Positions 47,242-58,369 of a stretch of 64,000 nt of DNA are shown here, in pieces. The stretch comes from Nemertoderma westbladi. Lineage: Eukaryota > Animalia > Xenacoelomorpha. Every line of letters begins with the position of its first letter. Positions within the stretch are counted from its first letter, which is position 1. Under the pieces are notes generated by a model. That model was not told the DNA's origin. It searched no databases and saw nothing but the letters and a program-made list of their open reading frames with translations. The DNA lies in assembly GCA_032718475.1 (NCBI GenBank), contig JAUCBJ010004605.1:10662-74661 (forward strand), read 5' to 3'. The translations under genes were made by a program, and so were the position numbers.

Positions 47242-48951
47242 ATGGCACATTCAGAAATCAGCTATTCAAGCAACGATCTGGTTTGCAACGAAAATCAGTT
47301 TATGCTACAAGACAACTCGTTTGGTCTATATTTCGATTCGGCGAACAAACTCTTCCCGTTAACGATAAATACAACCTTAAACCAACCCATCCCGATTCCG
47401 GCAAACTACGCGCACTTTATTTTCCGTGCCTGCTACGAACTTCACGATGGACAATATCAAACCCTCGACGATAATAAACTTCATTCCTCCAACCACGGTT
47501 TCAAACTTTTAAAAAGGGACAACAAAATAACGTTCAATCTAACTACTTCGCCCGAGACGTTTACGATTCCAACTAGTATAGTCGATTTTATTCGAGAAAA
47601 CATCAACCAAGATGTGGCAAATCGTTTACTGGGTTTAACCACTCTCGTAACATCCTTCTTCTCCGATGATCGCTTATTCGATTTTCATAGTATCGCAAAC
47701 TCGATTCTTCTTCTCATCTGGAACTCATCGACTCCGACCGAGGAAGAGGAGACTCGTTTCTTTAAACTTTTCGAGATTGATGTTCTCGCTTTCGGCGAGA
47801 AATTGAATGAGCTCACATGCCTTTACGCCAATAAAGTCTCCTATTACTTTGGATTCAATTATAGAGTTGGCACCCATGGAAGTATTAACCCAGTGAATCC
47901 ACTCGAGTTAATAAAGCTGGAAGACACTGTAAACAGTTCATGGATCACCTTTTCCGTCGCCTGCGCCATTTTATTTCAACAATATGTAAACATTTGTCGC
48001 CCTTTTATTAATCCTACTACTCACCTTGTCCTAAAACCGGGCAATTGGGTTGCTTTTGACTATTGCACTTTTGGGTTTGTTACAAATATTCGGAACGAGC
48101 GCAATTTAGCGATCACCAATGGCTACAGGGTTGACGATGGAAAGGCTATTGTTTCTTCTAGGGGCATGATTCTTCTTACACCAAGCGAGGTCAGCGAATT
48201 GAAATGGTTCGTTTCAACCTTCGAGGATAGTGAATGTGTCTGCTACGATGAACTTAACGTCTACAAAGACAACATTTCCGAGCGAATATCGATACAAAGT
48301 TGTATCAGTGATTCAGAAATTGATTTACAGATAACCGAGAGAAAATTTAACGAATCCTTTACTATAGCTAACACGATTCAAGCGCGCGAGGCTCTAATCA
48401 GATTCAAGGCTATGGCTATACAATTTGCTTTCAAACCAAAGCAGATTACGATCCCCAATCACCAGCGCTATCTCATAAATAGCAGTATCGCGGCCTTTAT
48501 CTATAAGTTCAAATCCGAAAAATATGTTGGTATCTGGCCCATTTTAATGAAAGACGAAGAGAATACCACTTTTCAGTTCACCAACGGTCTCAATATTAGG
48601 GGCAGCGATTTTCTCACGATAAATACAACCAACCCACCCAACTCTCACTACTACCTCAGTCCTTACATTCATATCGAGAACAAACCAGCAGAAATTATAT
48701 TCACCAATACGAAAAATACCAACACTATTACCCTACCCAATGACTTTACCATCGCGCACCTTTTCGATTCACTAAAACGCTCTCTCAGAGAAGGCATCTT
48801 TCTCCCGCAGCAAACACACCTTAATCTATTTCAGCCCCCAAGAAAAGGTTATCTCAACAAACTATTAAAGAGAAAATTATCGCAGCCATTAATAGTATCG
48901 GACCCTAAAAGGGTTAAACCAGTTATTCTCGGAGGCCAGCAACCCTATTAA
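47242..48951 (+). CDS. Intronless orphan protein, 569 aa, cargo of the Polinton-like element
   Basis: Long non-repetitive ORF with an ATG start, canonical promoter and basic NLS-like C-terminus (LLKRKL, PKRVKP). No family recognised. Confidence 0.8.
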   Translation: MAHSEISYSSNDLVCNENQFMLQDNSFGLYFDSANKLFPLTINTTLNQPIPIPANYAHFIFRACYELHDGQYQTLDDNKLHSSNHGFKLLKRDNKITFNLTTSPETFTIPTSIVDFIRENINQDVANRLLGLTTLVTSFFSDDRLFDFHSIANSILLLIWNSSTPTEEEETRFFKLFEIDVLAFGEKLNELTCLYANKVSYYFGFNYRVGTHGSINPVNPLELIKLEDTVNSSWITFSVACAILFQQYVNICRPFINPTTHLVLKPGNWVAFDYCTFGFVTNIRNERNLAITNGYRVDDGKAIVSSRGMILLTPSEVSELKWFVSTFEDSECVCYDELNVYKDNISERISIQSCISDSEIDLQITERKFNESFTIANTIQAREALIRFKAMAIQFAFKPKQITIPNHQRYLINSSIAAFIYKFKSEKYVGIWPILMKDEENTTFQFTNGLNIRGSDFLTINTTNPPNSHYYLSPYIHIENKPAEIIFTNTKNTNTITLPNDFTIAHLFDSLKRSLREGIFLPQQTHLNLFQPPRKGYLNKLLKRKLSQPLIVSDPKRVKPVILGGQQPY

Positions 48952-49291
48952 TATAAACAGTCTCTATTTATTAAAAACTGTTCTGATTATATCTTTTGTT
49001 AATGTCGATGTTCTTATATTATTTATTATTGATGTTGTCGGTAGATTATTTATTCTTGTTTCCTCATAATGTTTAAAAAATATAAGATGCTTAACCGGCT
49101 ATTTTTCATTTTTCTCTACTAGTTAATCTATACTATGAGAGCGAGCCATGAAATAAGTGAGTCTCAGCATACCATTAATGACCCCTACTGCTTCTTCGTA
49201 ATCAATTTGAATGTTAACCCCTAAATAAACAGCCAATCCCTATGAATTCTTTACAAACTCGATATGCAAGTTGTTTATCAGAGTTGAATTT

Positions 49292-49576
49292 AGGCACTGA
49301 GGCATAGACTATGACTCACTGAGGCATAGACTATGCCTCACTGAGGCATAGACTATGCCTTACTGGGGCACTGAGGCATAGACTATGCCTCACTGAGGCA
49401 TAGACTATGACTCACTGAGGCATAGACTATGACTCACTGAGGCACTGAGGCATAGACTATGCCTCACTGGGGCACTGAGGCATAGACTATGCCTCACTGA
49501 GGCATATACTATGCCTCAGCTGAGGCATAGTCTATGCCTCAGTGAGGCATAGTCTATGCCTCAGTGAGGTATAGTC
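49292..49576. repeat. Palindromic ~22-bp minisatellite, block 1
   Basis: Unit GAGGCATAG(A/T)CTATGCCTC plus ACT/AGT. Orientation flips at CCTCAG|CTGAGG (49519/49520). Confidence 0.92.
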
Positions 49577-52500
49577 ATAGATAGATAGATTTATTTATAC
49601 ATTATGTAAAAACAATAACAAATACACCAAACAATGTACCGGTATAAAGGTATTGTCCAACATAACATATAGGATTACCCCTAAAGCTTTGCAGCTTATT
49701 TCCAAGGGGGTCCTTTATGTTACTTGGTTACAAATACAATATTACACTACGCTAACCTAAAACCAATATAAAACGTAATTACACTATGTACATGTACAAC
49801 TTTACCGAGAGCGTGACAATGCCCGACTCAACGATAAAGAACTAATAACTTACTGTAGGACTATTGTACCTATTTTTACATTGCACACGGAGGTGAGATT
49901 TAACTGCAGATTTAAAAGAATGTTGATTATTTAGGTTTTTAATTTCATTAGGCAGAGCGTTCCAATTTTTTATGCCGTTAAAAAAGAAAGTATCAGATTC
50001 AAAGGATTTACAATTCGGGAGGTAGAAGTTTGAAGCACTAGCTCTGGTACTGTAAGAGTGTGTATCGCGTACTCTGTTGAATTTTTGTTTTAGGTAATTG
50101 GGACATTTACCATTATACACTTTATGCACATGGTTAAGGCGTAGCTGCTTAACTCTACTATCTAAGTTAAGTAGTCCAGATTCAGAAAAGTCATCTGGAG
50201 TTAGGTGGTGCCTAGGTTTGTAGTCTTTAATAAATCGTACTACTTTATTCTGAGCTACTTGTAATTTACATTTAAGCTGTTTGGTTAAGCCTTCATACCA
50301 AGAAGAGCACGCATAGTCCATGTGACACTGTATTAAAGAAGAGCAAAGTAACTTGCGGGAGTCGGTGTTCAAACTATTTTTATTTCTGTATAGAAACCTA
50401 AGCCTACTGTTAACTTTCGAGAAAATATTTTTCACTGTACTTTCTCCTGATAAGCAGTTATCCAATGTGGCGCCTAAATATTTAACTTCCTTTTTATTTT
50501 CAATCTTATGTCCATTACTAGTGACTTCAAACTTAGTTACCTTCTTTAACTTTCTTTTGGAACCAAACAAAATACTTTCAGTTTTACCGTAGTGAATGGA
50601 TAGCTTATTATCAACCAACCACTCATTACAGGATTCTAGAACTGCACTTAACTTTTGGGAAATATGGATAGGATCTTTATGAGAGAAAATAAGAGCACTG
50701 TCGTCGGCATATAAAATGAGTTTAAAATCGGGATCTATACTACTTATCATATCATTTACATAGCATACAAAAAGCAGAGGACCTAATATACTACCTTGCG
50801 GTACACCACAGGTAATCTCTTGTACAGTAGACAGCGATTTGCTAATGACTACAGTTTGACCTCTGTCTGACAGGTAGGACTTGAACCAGTCTATAGAACC
50901 TACACCCATCAGGCCTAACTTACCAAGCAGAATTTCGTGATCTACAGTATCGAAAGCCTTTTGTAGGTCCAACATTACCATACCAGTATATAAACCCTTT
51001 GCGTTATTACATCTAATTGTATCAGTTAAGTTAATAAGGCAGGTGTCTGTAGAATATGATTTACGAAAACCGGACTGAAGTTCATAGATCAGATTTAGCC
51101 TACTAAGATGTGCCTCCAGCTGTAGAAAAACAGAACGTTCTAGAATTTTAGATACAATACTTAAGATACTAACAGGTCTGTAATTACAGGGTTCTACTTT
51201 ACTATTCTTTTTATACAGAGGAACAACCTTAGCTAATTTCAGTTCGTCTGGTACTACATTATCTACGATAGAGTAATTAATAATAAAAGTAATAGGCACT
51301 TTAAGTACTTCAGCACCATCCTTAAGAAAACGGGCAGGTATTAGATCTAGACCGGTACTTTTTGAGGCTGATAGGCTAAGTAGATTTTTAAAAACGAAAT
51401 CCTCAGAAACGGGTTTTAAAAATAACTTTTCTGAATTTTGTAACTTTTCTAAATAAAAATTATTTAGAGTTTCGGACCCTATACTATATTTATTACTTGA
51501 TAACGGTAATTTCTTAACTAAATTAGAGGCAACATTAGTAAAATAATTATTAAATAAATTACTAACTAGAGTATGATCATGAATCAGCTCACCGTTATCT
51601 TGCAGAACAATATTCGATTTAGATTTAAGGTTTTTATAACCTAAAGATTTTAGGGTAGACCATAGACTTTTTGGATTATCTTTATTCTCACTTATTTTGT
51701 TGTACAAATATTCAGATTTAGCTTTTTTTATTTCCCGTTGGACAAGGTTTCTATATTTGCAGTAATTATTATAATCAGCTAAAACACGGTATTTCCTAAA
51801 TTTATACAAATAGTTATCTCTTTCTCTGATATTACTAAGAATACCCGAGGTCATCCAGGGCTCAGTGCGTTGTTTAAGACTAATTTCTTTAATTGGTGCT
51901 ACAGTATTAAGTGCCTTTAAAAATATATCTTTAAAAACAGTGTACGCAAGGTTAATGTCAGCGGCCTTAAAACAGGGTTCCCAGTCAGAATTAACTAACA
52001 AACTTAAAAAGCGTTCCTTGCTGTAATTTTTCATAGACCTAACTGTTACTGTTTTATGATCCCCGAAAAAAGATTTTTGTGTCTTTCTTGTGCAAAAAAC
52101 TATAAAATGATCGCTTAGACCTATAGGTAAAACCCCAGATTGAGAAATAATATCGGTATTATTACAAAGGATGTGATCTAGTAAAGTAGAAGTTTTACTG
52201 GTAATTCTGGTAGAATCTCGAATAATTTGTTTTAAACCAAACAAATTTAAAATACTTTGGTACTGTTTACAGATGGGGGATGCTTTGTGATGGTAACAGA
52301 TATTAAAATCACCTAAGAAATATATTTCACAGTCTGACCTAAGATTACATAAAATTGTATTTTCAAAATTTTGCAAAAAATCTGATTGTTTAGGGGGCCG
52401 ATATAAAGTACCGATTAAAATAGGTTTAGTTTTAGGAAGTAAAAGTTCCACCAGTAAAACTTCGTCACAAGTCTCTAAATCTTCCCTACGATTAAAAGCT

Positions 52501-53420
52501 AAATCACATCGAATGTAAGTACAGACACCACCACCGTGTCTGTCCCTATCCTTACGTAAAACTACGTAATTATCAATATAAATTTCTCCATCAGAAACAC
52601 TATCATCGAGCCAAGTTTCAGAGATTGTTAAAACTGCTGGGTTGGATTTATTGATTAAAATACGAATTTCGGAAAGTTTTGGAAGCAGAGATCGTGCGTT
52701 TAAGTGCAAAAAATGCAGACCTTTTTTCTTAAAAAAATTAAAAGTTTCACTCTCAGCATCACTTGGAGTTTGCAGAGGCGATGTGAGAAATGAATCGTCG
52801 GTTTCTGATTCTAAAATTGTATCATGAAAGGGAAGTTCGGTAAAAATACAGCTATTGCAGAGAAAACTTGGTTCAAGATTGTTTCTGGTGGAGAATAAAT
52901 TACTGCGTTTCCTACGGTAACATTTTAAATGTACAAATGTGTCACAACTCTCGCATTGGACGATCTTACTCCGAGAGTTTGTTCCTCGTTGACAGACGGG
53001 ACAGTTGATCTTCGGGGCCCGCGTCCTGCTGGGTCCTGGGTTGGTCTCAATATCCCCAGCCAGAGACAGTAGACAGAGTTTAGCGATTAGGCCTCTAGAT
53101 CGTGGAGAGGAGACCCAAGATCTTCTTCCCCGACGAGAGCAGTAGAGGCTAAATCCACTCGTCGACCACATCTCCGTCGATTCGGCGCGGCAGTTCGAAA
53201 CGGTAGCGACAGGGTGTTCCGCAAACCAGTCCAATACGGGTATTGGGTGGGTTGCAGGGTTACCCCGCGGATCGGATGGTTCTGCCACAACGAAACGACC
53301 CAGAACGATGAAAACTGTGGAGATTAAGAGCGGGGACATTGTGCTGTCTGGCTGTAGTCTGACTCAGGGATAAAAACTGTATAGGCCTAGTACCGGTATC
53401 TTTCTTGGTCTATCTTGTCT
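49577..53420 (-). mobile_element. L2/CR1-group (Crack-like) LINE inserted in the palindromic array
   Basis: Intact APE-RT ORF. The 3' UTR has a GGACCCC..GGAAATAAG stem, AATAAA and an (ATCT)n tail at 49577-49590. No clear TSD. Confidence 0.88.
49842..53339 (-). CDS. LINE polyprotein: 2A-like peptide, PHD finger, APE endonuclease, reverse transcriptase (1165 aa)
   Basis: [64 protein letters not shown] and YADD. Confidence 0.95.
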   Translation of the reverse strand: MSPLLISTVFIVLGRFVVAEPSDPRGNPATHPIPVLDWFAEHPVATVSNCRAESTEMWSTSGFSLYCSRRGRRSWVSSPRSRGLIAKLCLLSLAGDIETNPGPSRTRAPKINCPVCQRGTNSRSKIVQCESCDTFVHLKCYRRKRSNLFSTRNNLEPSFLCNSCIFTELPFHDTILESETDDSFLTSPLQTPSDAESETFNFFKKKGLHFLHLNARSLLPKLSEIRILINKSNPAVLTISETWLDDSVSDGEIYIDNYVVLRKDRDRHGGGVCTYIRCDLAFNRREDLETCDEVLLVELLLPKTKPILIGTLYRPPKQSDFLQNFENTILCNLRSDCEIYFLGDFNICYHHKASPICKQYQSILNLFGLKQIIRDSTRITSKTSTLLDHILCNNTDIISQSGVLPIGLSDHFIVFCTRKTQKSFFGDHKTVTVRSMKNYSKERFLSLLVNSDWEPCFKAADINLAYTVFKDIFLKALNTVAPIKEISLKQRTEPWMTSGILSNIRERDNYLYKFRKYRVLADYNNYCKYRNLVQREIKKAKSEYLYNKISENKDNPKSLWSTLKSLGYKNLKSKSNIVLQDNGELIHDHTLVSNLFNNYFTNVASNLVKKLPLSSNKYSIGSETLNNFYLEKLQNSEKLFLKPVSEDFVFKNLLSLSASKSTGLDLIPARFLKDGAEVLKVPITFIINYSIVDNVVPDELKLAKVVPLYKKNSKVEPCNYRPVSILSIVSKILERSVFLQLEAHLSRLNLIYELQSGFRKSYSTDTCLINLTDTIRCNNAKGLYTGMVMLDLQKAFDTVDHEILLGKLGLMGVGSIDWFKSYLSDRGQTVVISKSLSTVQEITCGVPQGSILGPLLFVCYVNDMISSIDPDFKLILYADDSALIFSHKDPIHISQKLSAVLESCNEWLVDNKLSIHYGKTESILFGSKRKLKKVTKFEVTSNGHKIENKKEVKYLGATLDNCLSGESTVKNIFSKVNSRLRFLYRNKNSLNTDSRKLLCSSLIQCHMDYACSSWYEGLTKQLKCKLQVAQNKVVRFIKDYKPRHHLTPDDFSESGLLNLDSRVKQLRLNHVHKVYNGKCPNYLKQKFNRVRDTHSYSTRASASNFYLPNCKSFESDTFFFNGIKNWNALPNEIKNLNNQHSFKSAVKSHLRVQCKNRYNSPTVSY

Positions 53421-53848
53421 TGCCTCACATTCTATGCCTCACTGCCTCAGTGAGGCATATTCTATGCCTCACTGCCTCAGTGAGGCATAGTCTATGCCTC
53501 AGTGAGGTATAGTCTATGCCTCAGTGAGGCATAGTCTATGCCTCAGTGAGGCATAGTCTATGCCTCAGTGCCCCAGTGAGACATAGTCTATGCCTCAGTG
53601 AGGCATAGTCTATGCCTCAATGAGGCATAGTCTATGCCTCAGTGCCTCAGTGAGGCATAGTCTATGCCTCAGTGAGGCATAGTCTATGCCTCAGTGAGTC
53701 ATTGTCTATGCCTCAGTGAGGCATAGTCTATGCCTCAGTGAGTCATTGTCTATGCCTCAGTGAGGCATAGTCTATGCCTCAGTGCCTCAATGAGACATAG
53801 TCTATGCCTCAGTGAGTCATAGTCTATGCCTCAGTGAGTCATAGTCTA
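53421..53848. repeat. Palindromic ~22-bp minisatellite, block 2
   Basis: Same unit as 49292-49576, continuing after the LINE. Confidence 0.92.
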
Positions 53849-55894
53849 TATATATATATATAATGCTACAGGCGTCAACCTGCCAATCACCACATCCTCT
53901 GAGGATGAGTCACGGCGGTTCTACCACGCACAACTACCCGTTAGTGGTTAGTAGTAGACCTAGTGGTGGGGTGGGGGGGGGGGGGGTGTTTAAGCGGTTA
54001 GTACTGTAGAAGTAGACGTAGTGTCGTGATAGATGGGGGGGGGGGAGGAGGGGGGTAATTTAATGGTTAGTAGTAGACATAGTGATAGAGGGTGAGGGGT
54101 GGGGGTTATTAACAGTTAGTAGTATAGGGAGGGGGGGGGGGGGGGGGGGGGGTGTTTTGTTTAACAGTTAGTAGTAGAATAGTGATAGGGAGTGGGGGTG
54201 TTTGTTAATATGACGCATGTTTTCTCTGATCGTAATGGTTGTTATCAGGTTAAATGTGTAACCTCTATCTCATATATTGCTCTCGTCATTATTGGTTTAT
54301 TTTGTATAAGTCAGTGGGATAGTTGGTCTGTTGCCTGTAGGGGTTGACAGTATTTGATATTGATGACTTATATTCTGAAGGACTAATAATGCTGCCCGCC
54401 GTGTGGGGAATGGAGGGGAGGCTAATCCTAAGGTCGGTTATGAGTGTTTCATTAATAGTGTAGGAATGGGAGCATTGCGTGGTGGTTGGAAGGTCTGTAA
54501 TTCGAGAGTCACTGGTGTTTGTTTATTATAGTCCATTAGCTGGAGTCATAAATCAACAGTTGACATGTTTATTCGTTTTAAAAAATTTCCCATAGATGTT
54601 GTTGGTTTGTTCTTGGTGAATATTCAATATAACAGGGGTATAAATTTATCTCCATAATTCTATCTTATAACAGAGGTATAAAATCGCGCTTTATCAATAA
54701 GATGATAGCAAATGGGGTATCTTTGGGTTGTTGATATCATTATAAATGTAATGAAAAGGCAGTGGTGGTGTGACATTGATTTTTGATGTGGTATAGTGAG
54801 ATGTATTGGTAATCTGTTAATTGGTAGGGGAATAGTGTTTAGATGGATTGTTTTGTTGTGTATTTAGGAGAGATATTGTCCGTTATCATTATAGGTATAG
54901 AACCTGTATTAAATAGTAATAGTATTTATTACTAACTAATCCAATTTTATTCTGTTTTTCTGAAGTTGGGACGGTAGTTTGAGCGTTTTAGAGAAAAAAA
55001 GTGGAAGATTTAGTTGGAAATTTGTTAGTTGGGTAGTGCGCTATGCTGTATCTTACCCATAGGTGCCCAGCCCAACACCTACAGGGGGTATTTAAGGAAT
55101 ACCCTACCCTGGGTTAGATGTCTCTAGTGTTGCCACTAAAAGTTGCGGAACCCTATACCGCATGGAAATTAAAATCCCTGAAAGTAAAAAAATTTGGTAA
55201 AATGGGATGAAAGGGCCTGGAAATATGTAAATTAATGCAATTGAAATATTTCTGAAAAATATACATGAAAAAGAAGTAAATATCAGCCATATTAATTGCC
55301 AATTTGTTCGTTAGTTTATATCATGCTAGTTGAATTACAATCCCAGTATTTGTCAGATTTGTACAGTACCAATTATACCTTAATTTTTAACATGCATGAG
55401 TATGTAAGAGTATGTATTGACACTCGCGAAATGATAGGTGAGCATTGCAATTAATTTAGTAAAAGTTTTGAACAATATGTACAGTATTCCATTAAGTGAG
55501 ATTATGACTGATATTCTCAGTAAATCATGCATTCGTCTTGCAAGCTTACCGCTTTAGTTGTATGATTCAACTTATCCTGTTTTTTTTGTATTGGGTACAA
55601 TCTTTCAGATCGTAGGTGTGGGTGGGTGTCGCGGTGTGGGGTAGGGTAGTGGGTTGGTGTATGTTGATTTTATGTTCATTTTCGTCAGAGAGCGAGAGTG
55701 GGAGAGGTGATGAGTTGGGGCAGTTCCGCGGCAATAATAATACTGCCTCTCAATAAAGAGACCCCCTTTACTGCTATCAGGGACGCGTTGTTCGACAGAG
55801 CCCCGTCAGCAAAAACAGCCAGTACCGCTAGTCGGTGGGGTTGACTTGTTGACGAGAGGCTATTTACAGGCGCATCGGTCAACCATTACTGACC

Positions 55895-55994
55895 GAGTCA
55901 TAGTCTATGCCTCAGTGAGTCATAGTCTATGCCTCAGTGAGTCATAGTCTATGCCTCAGTGAGTCATAGTCTATGCCTCAGTGAGGCATAGTCT
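55895..55994. repeat. Palindromic ~22-bp minisatellite, block 3
   Basis: gagtcatagtctatgcctcagt repeated 4-5 times. Confidence 0.88.
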
Positions 55995-56237
55995 GTGTCA
56001 GGTCTTAAATGAGAGTCTTACAAATTCGAACGTCAACGAACAAATTCGACGGTTACTGTTCCACTTTGGTGTAGTGGTTGCGTTGAATTCACATCTCCCG
56101 TATGTCATGGGTTCGATCCCTGCATGAACCAGGGCAGTTTTCGTTCGGTCAGCAATAGGGCTAACGTTGCAAAATGCAGTATTATTGCCTAGTAACCAAT
56201 TCATGGCTACCGTATGGTTTTCACTTTGAGACATTAA

Positions 56238-56655
56238 GCCCTCTAGCGGCAGACTGGGGAACTTCATACTACTCTGTGACTCTGCAAAAGATATAGCCTA
56301 TGCCGTAGTAGATGCCGATTGGGGGGTCAAATTAAGTAATAATATATCTAAATAAGCCTCAAACATCTTGCCTCATGGCTCGCCCCTTAGAACTCTTAAG
56401 CAATATAACTTCATAGTTTTGCGGATTGTAAATAACAAAGCTAGAGAAGATGTTAATTTTTAAATAATACGCCCTCTAGCGGTAGACTGGGGAACTTCAG
56501 ACTACTCTATGGCTCCGCAAAAGATATGGCCTATGCCGTAGTAGATGCCGATTGGGGGGTCAAAATTAAGTAATAATATATCTAAATAAGCCTCAAACAT
56601 CTTGCCTCATGGCTCGCCCCTTAGAACTCTTAAGCAATATAACTTCATAGTTTTT
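56238..56655. repeat. ~233-bp tandem duplication carrying GCCCTCTAGCGG and TGGCTCGCCCC motifs
   Basis: Copies begin near 56238 and 56471. The motifs are shared with the HINE-like element at 21218-23126. Confidence 0.75.
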
Positions 56656-57325
56656 AAGGAAAACTGGTAAATGAGATGTGTTAATTACGCATACCTCGCA
56701 GTCTTAAGTAATTAATTATACAGTAGGTTAGATCGTTTTGAGAATAGGACCATTGGAAAGAGCGCCCTCGATAACCTCAGTACAAAGAAAATTAATACGG
56801 ATTAACCGGATATAGCTTGTTATTATAAAACATAAATTACAGTAGAACAATTAGGGTTGTAAATAAAAACAAATTAAATTGAAGATAAACTGTATATATA
56901 TATAAACTTATGTATTAAAAGAGGGCCCTATTTAATTATACAGTATACTGAAAATGGTTAGCGATACCATAATTAGATTATCGATAGGGATGCGGCTTCC
57001 TTAAATGAGGCAATCCTGGCCTAGATATAGTAAAGGACCCGAGTGATGCCGGCTATAGTGAGAACAAAGGAGGGCCGCTAGAGCATTAGCCTTGAGCGAT
57101 ATACGGATTTGGTGTAGTCAAGGCCGCGATGGGATTATTAGTGAGTCATCGAGGGGGCTGCTAACAGACGGGACCGCTCATTTATATTTGCCTTGGGGGT
57201 ATACGTGTAGATTCACTGCCTGTTGTATCTAGTTAATGAATAATGAGGACAGAGGAGGGGCCCCCGCCGATGAACGCAGTTGATAGTTGCCAGTAGGGAG
57301 CCGTATACCATAGCCATTATAAAGT

Positions 57326-57861
57326 TAAATATAGACATTATGTCATAGTGATCTCATTGGTAATATAAAAACTAATTAATCTAAAAATAGAAATCAATGT
57401 ATAAAGTAAAAGTAATACAATTAATTAATTTAAAATAAAGTACAATGAATAAATAAAGTAAAATAAATACAAATAATTAATTAAAATTAAATATAAATAA
57501 ATAGTATTAATGAATAAAAGAGCTGCGGTGTCACTTATGACACCCTCTTGAGCCGGCTCTGCGACAGTTAGACAACACTGATGACCCATTGTGTGTCAGG
57601 GCGCTAATCAGTCTGATTAATTAGGATAATCAATTAAACCCTAATTAGGAGTCATATGACACCTGTTAGGGTTTAATTGTACTAATTAATTGATGACACC
57701 TGTCAATTAGGGTCTAATTAGCCTAATTGGGAGGTGTCACCCAGACAGTCTGGCGCCAATGACACCCAATGACACCCATAGGGTGATAATTGGGTGTCAT
57801 ATGACACCCAATGGGTGTCAGTGGGTCTAACTGTCACAGAGCCGGCCAAGACCCTACTACT
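57326..57861 (-). repeat. Right terminal inverted repeat
   Basis: Reverse complement of the left TIR. Ends CCCTACTACT, followed by the TSD TAAGTG. Confidence 0.92.
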
Positions 57862-58045
57862 TAAGTGCTATAGTTTTAAATTGAAAATAATCCCACATTT
57901 TCACCTCCTCATTTCATAAGTATTCAGCGTTTTTTGGATGTAAATTAATCATTAGGCTAGATTCAACTACTACCCGCTCCCATACTACCAGCCCTATATT
58001 TATAATATGATTCAATATACACCATATGAGAATAAAATAACAAAC

Positions 58046-58181
58046 CTTGCACGCGAATAGGAGTTTATCAACCAGTCTGACTAACTGGAACTGCGCCAAG
58101 TTAAACGCTAGATAGGGGTGGTCAGGTCTAATCAGAGTTAGTAAGCAACGCAGACTTAATTCCCAAAGAGAACTGCCGTCG
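58046..58181 (-). CDS. LYST: LYST-like exon (last visible)
   Basis: ttccag| ... AAG|GTTTGT. DGSSLWELSLRCLLTLIRPDHPYLAFNLAQFQLVRLVDKLLFACK parallels recalled LYST VWETLLAALEVLIRADH..FN..HFLLTCQ. Phase 2/0. Confidence 0.82.
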
Positions 58182-58369
58182 CTGGAATATCGAAACAAAA
58201 TTAAAAACGTAAATAAGGTAAAAAATAACAACAATTACATATGTCGGTGTTCGGTCTATTGGTCGGACATTGTCGGTCGTAGGGTCGGTCGTACTGTTGG
58301 TCGCAAAAGTTAAATCGCTATAACTACCTAATCTCTGTACGGTTAGGCTAAACCCTTACATGGAACTTA

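Larger units (their letters stand above)
46004..57861. mobile_element. Non-autonomous Polinton/Maverick-like element (11,858 bp including the nested LINE)
   Basis: Termini AGTAGTAGGG...CCCTACTACT, ~535-bp TIRs and 6-bp TSD TAAGTG (45998-46003 and 57862-57867). No pPolB, integrase, ATPase or capsid ORF is recognisable. Confidence 0.82.

Noticed and set aside
53850-57330. Remnants of Polinton polymerase, integrase or capsid genes
   Set aside because: There are no long ORFs or recognisable motifs by eye. A translated search is needed to exclude them.
58182-58200. Mutated LYST acceptor (TTTCG instead of TTTCAG)
   Set aside because: A canonical in-phase acceptor TTCCAG 9 nt downstream gives the expected spacing between the conserved tryptophans.
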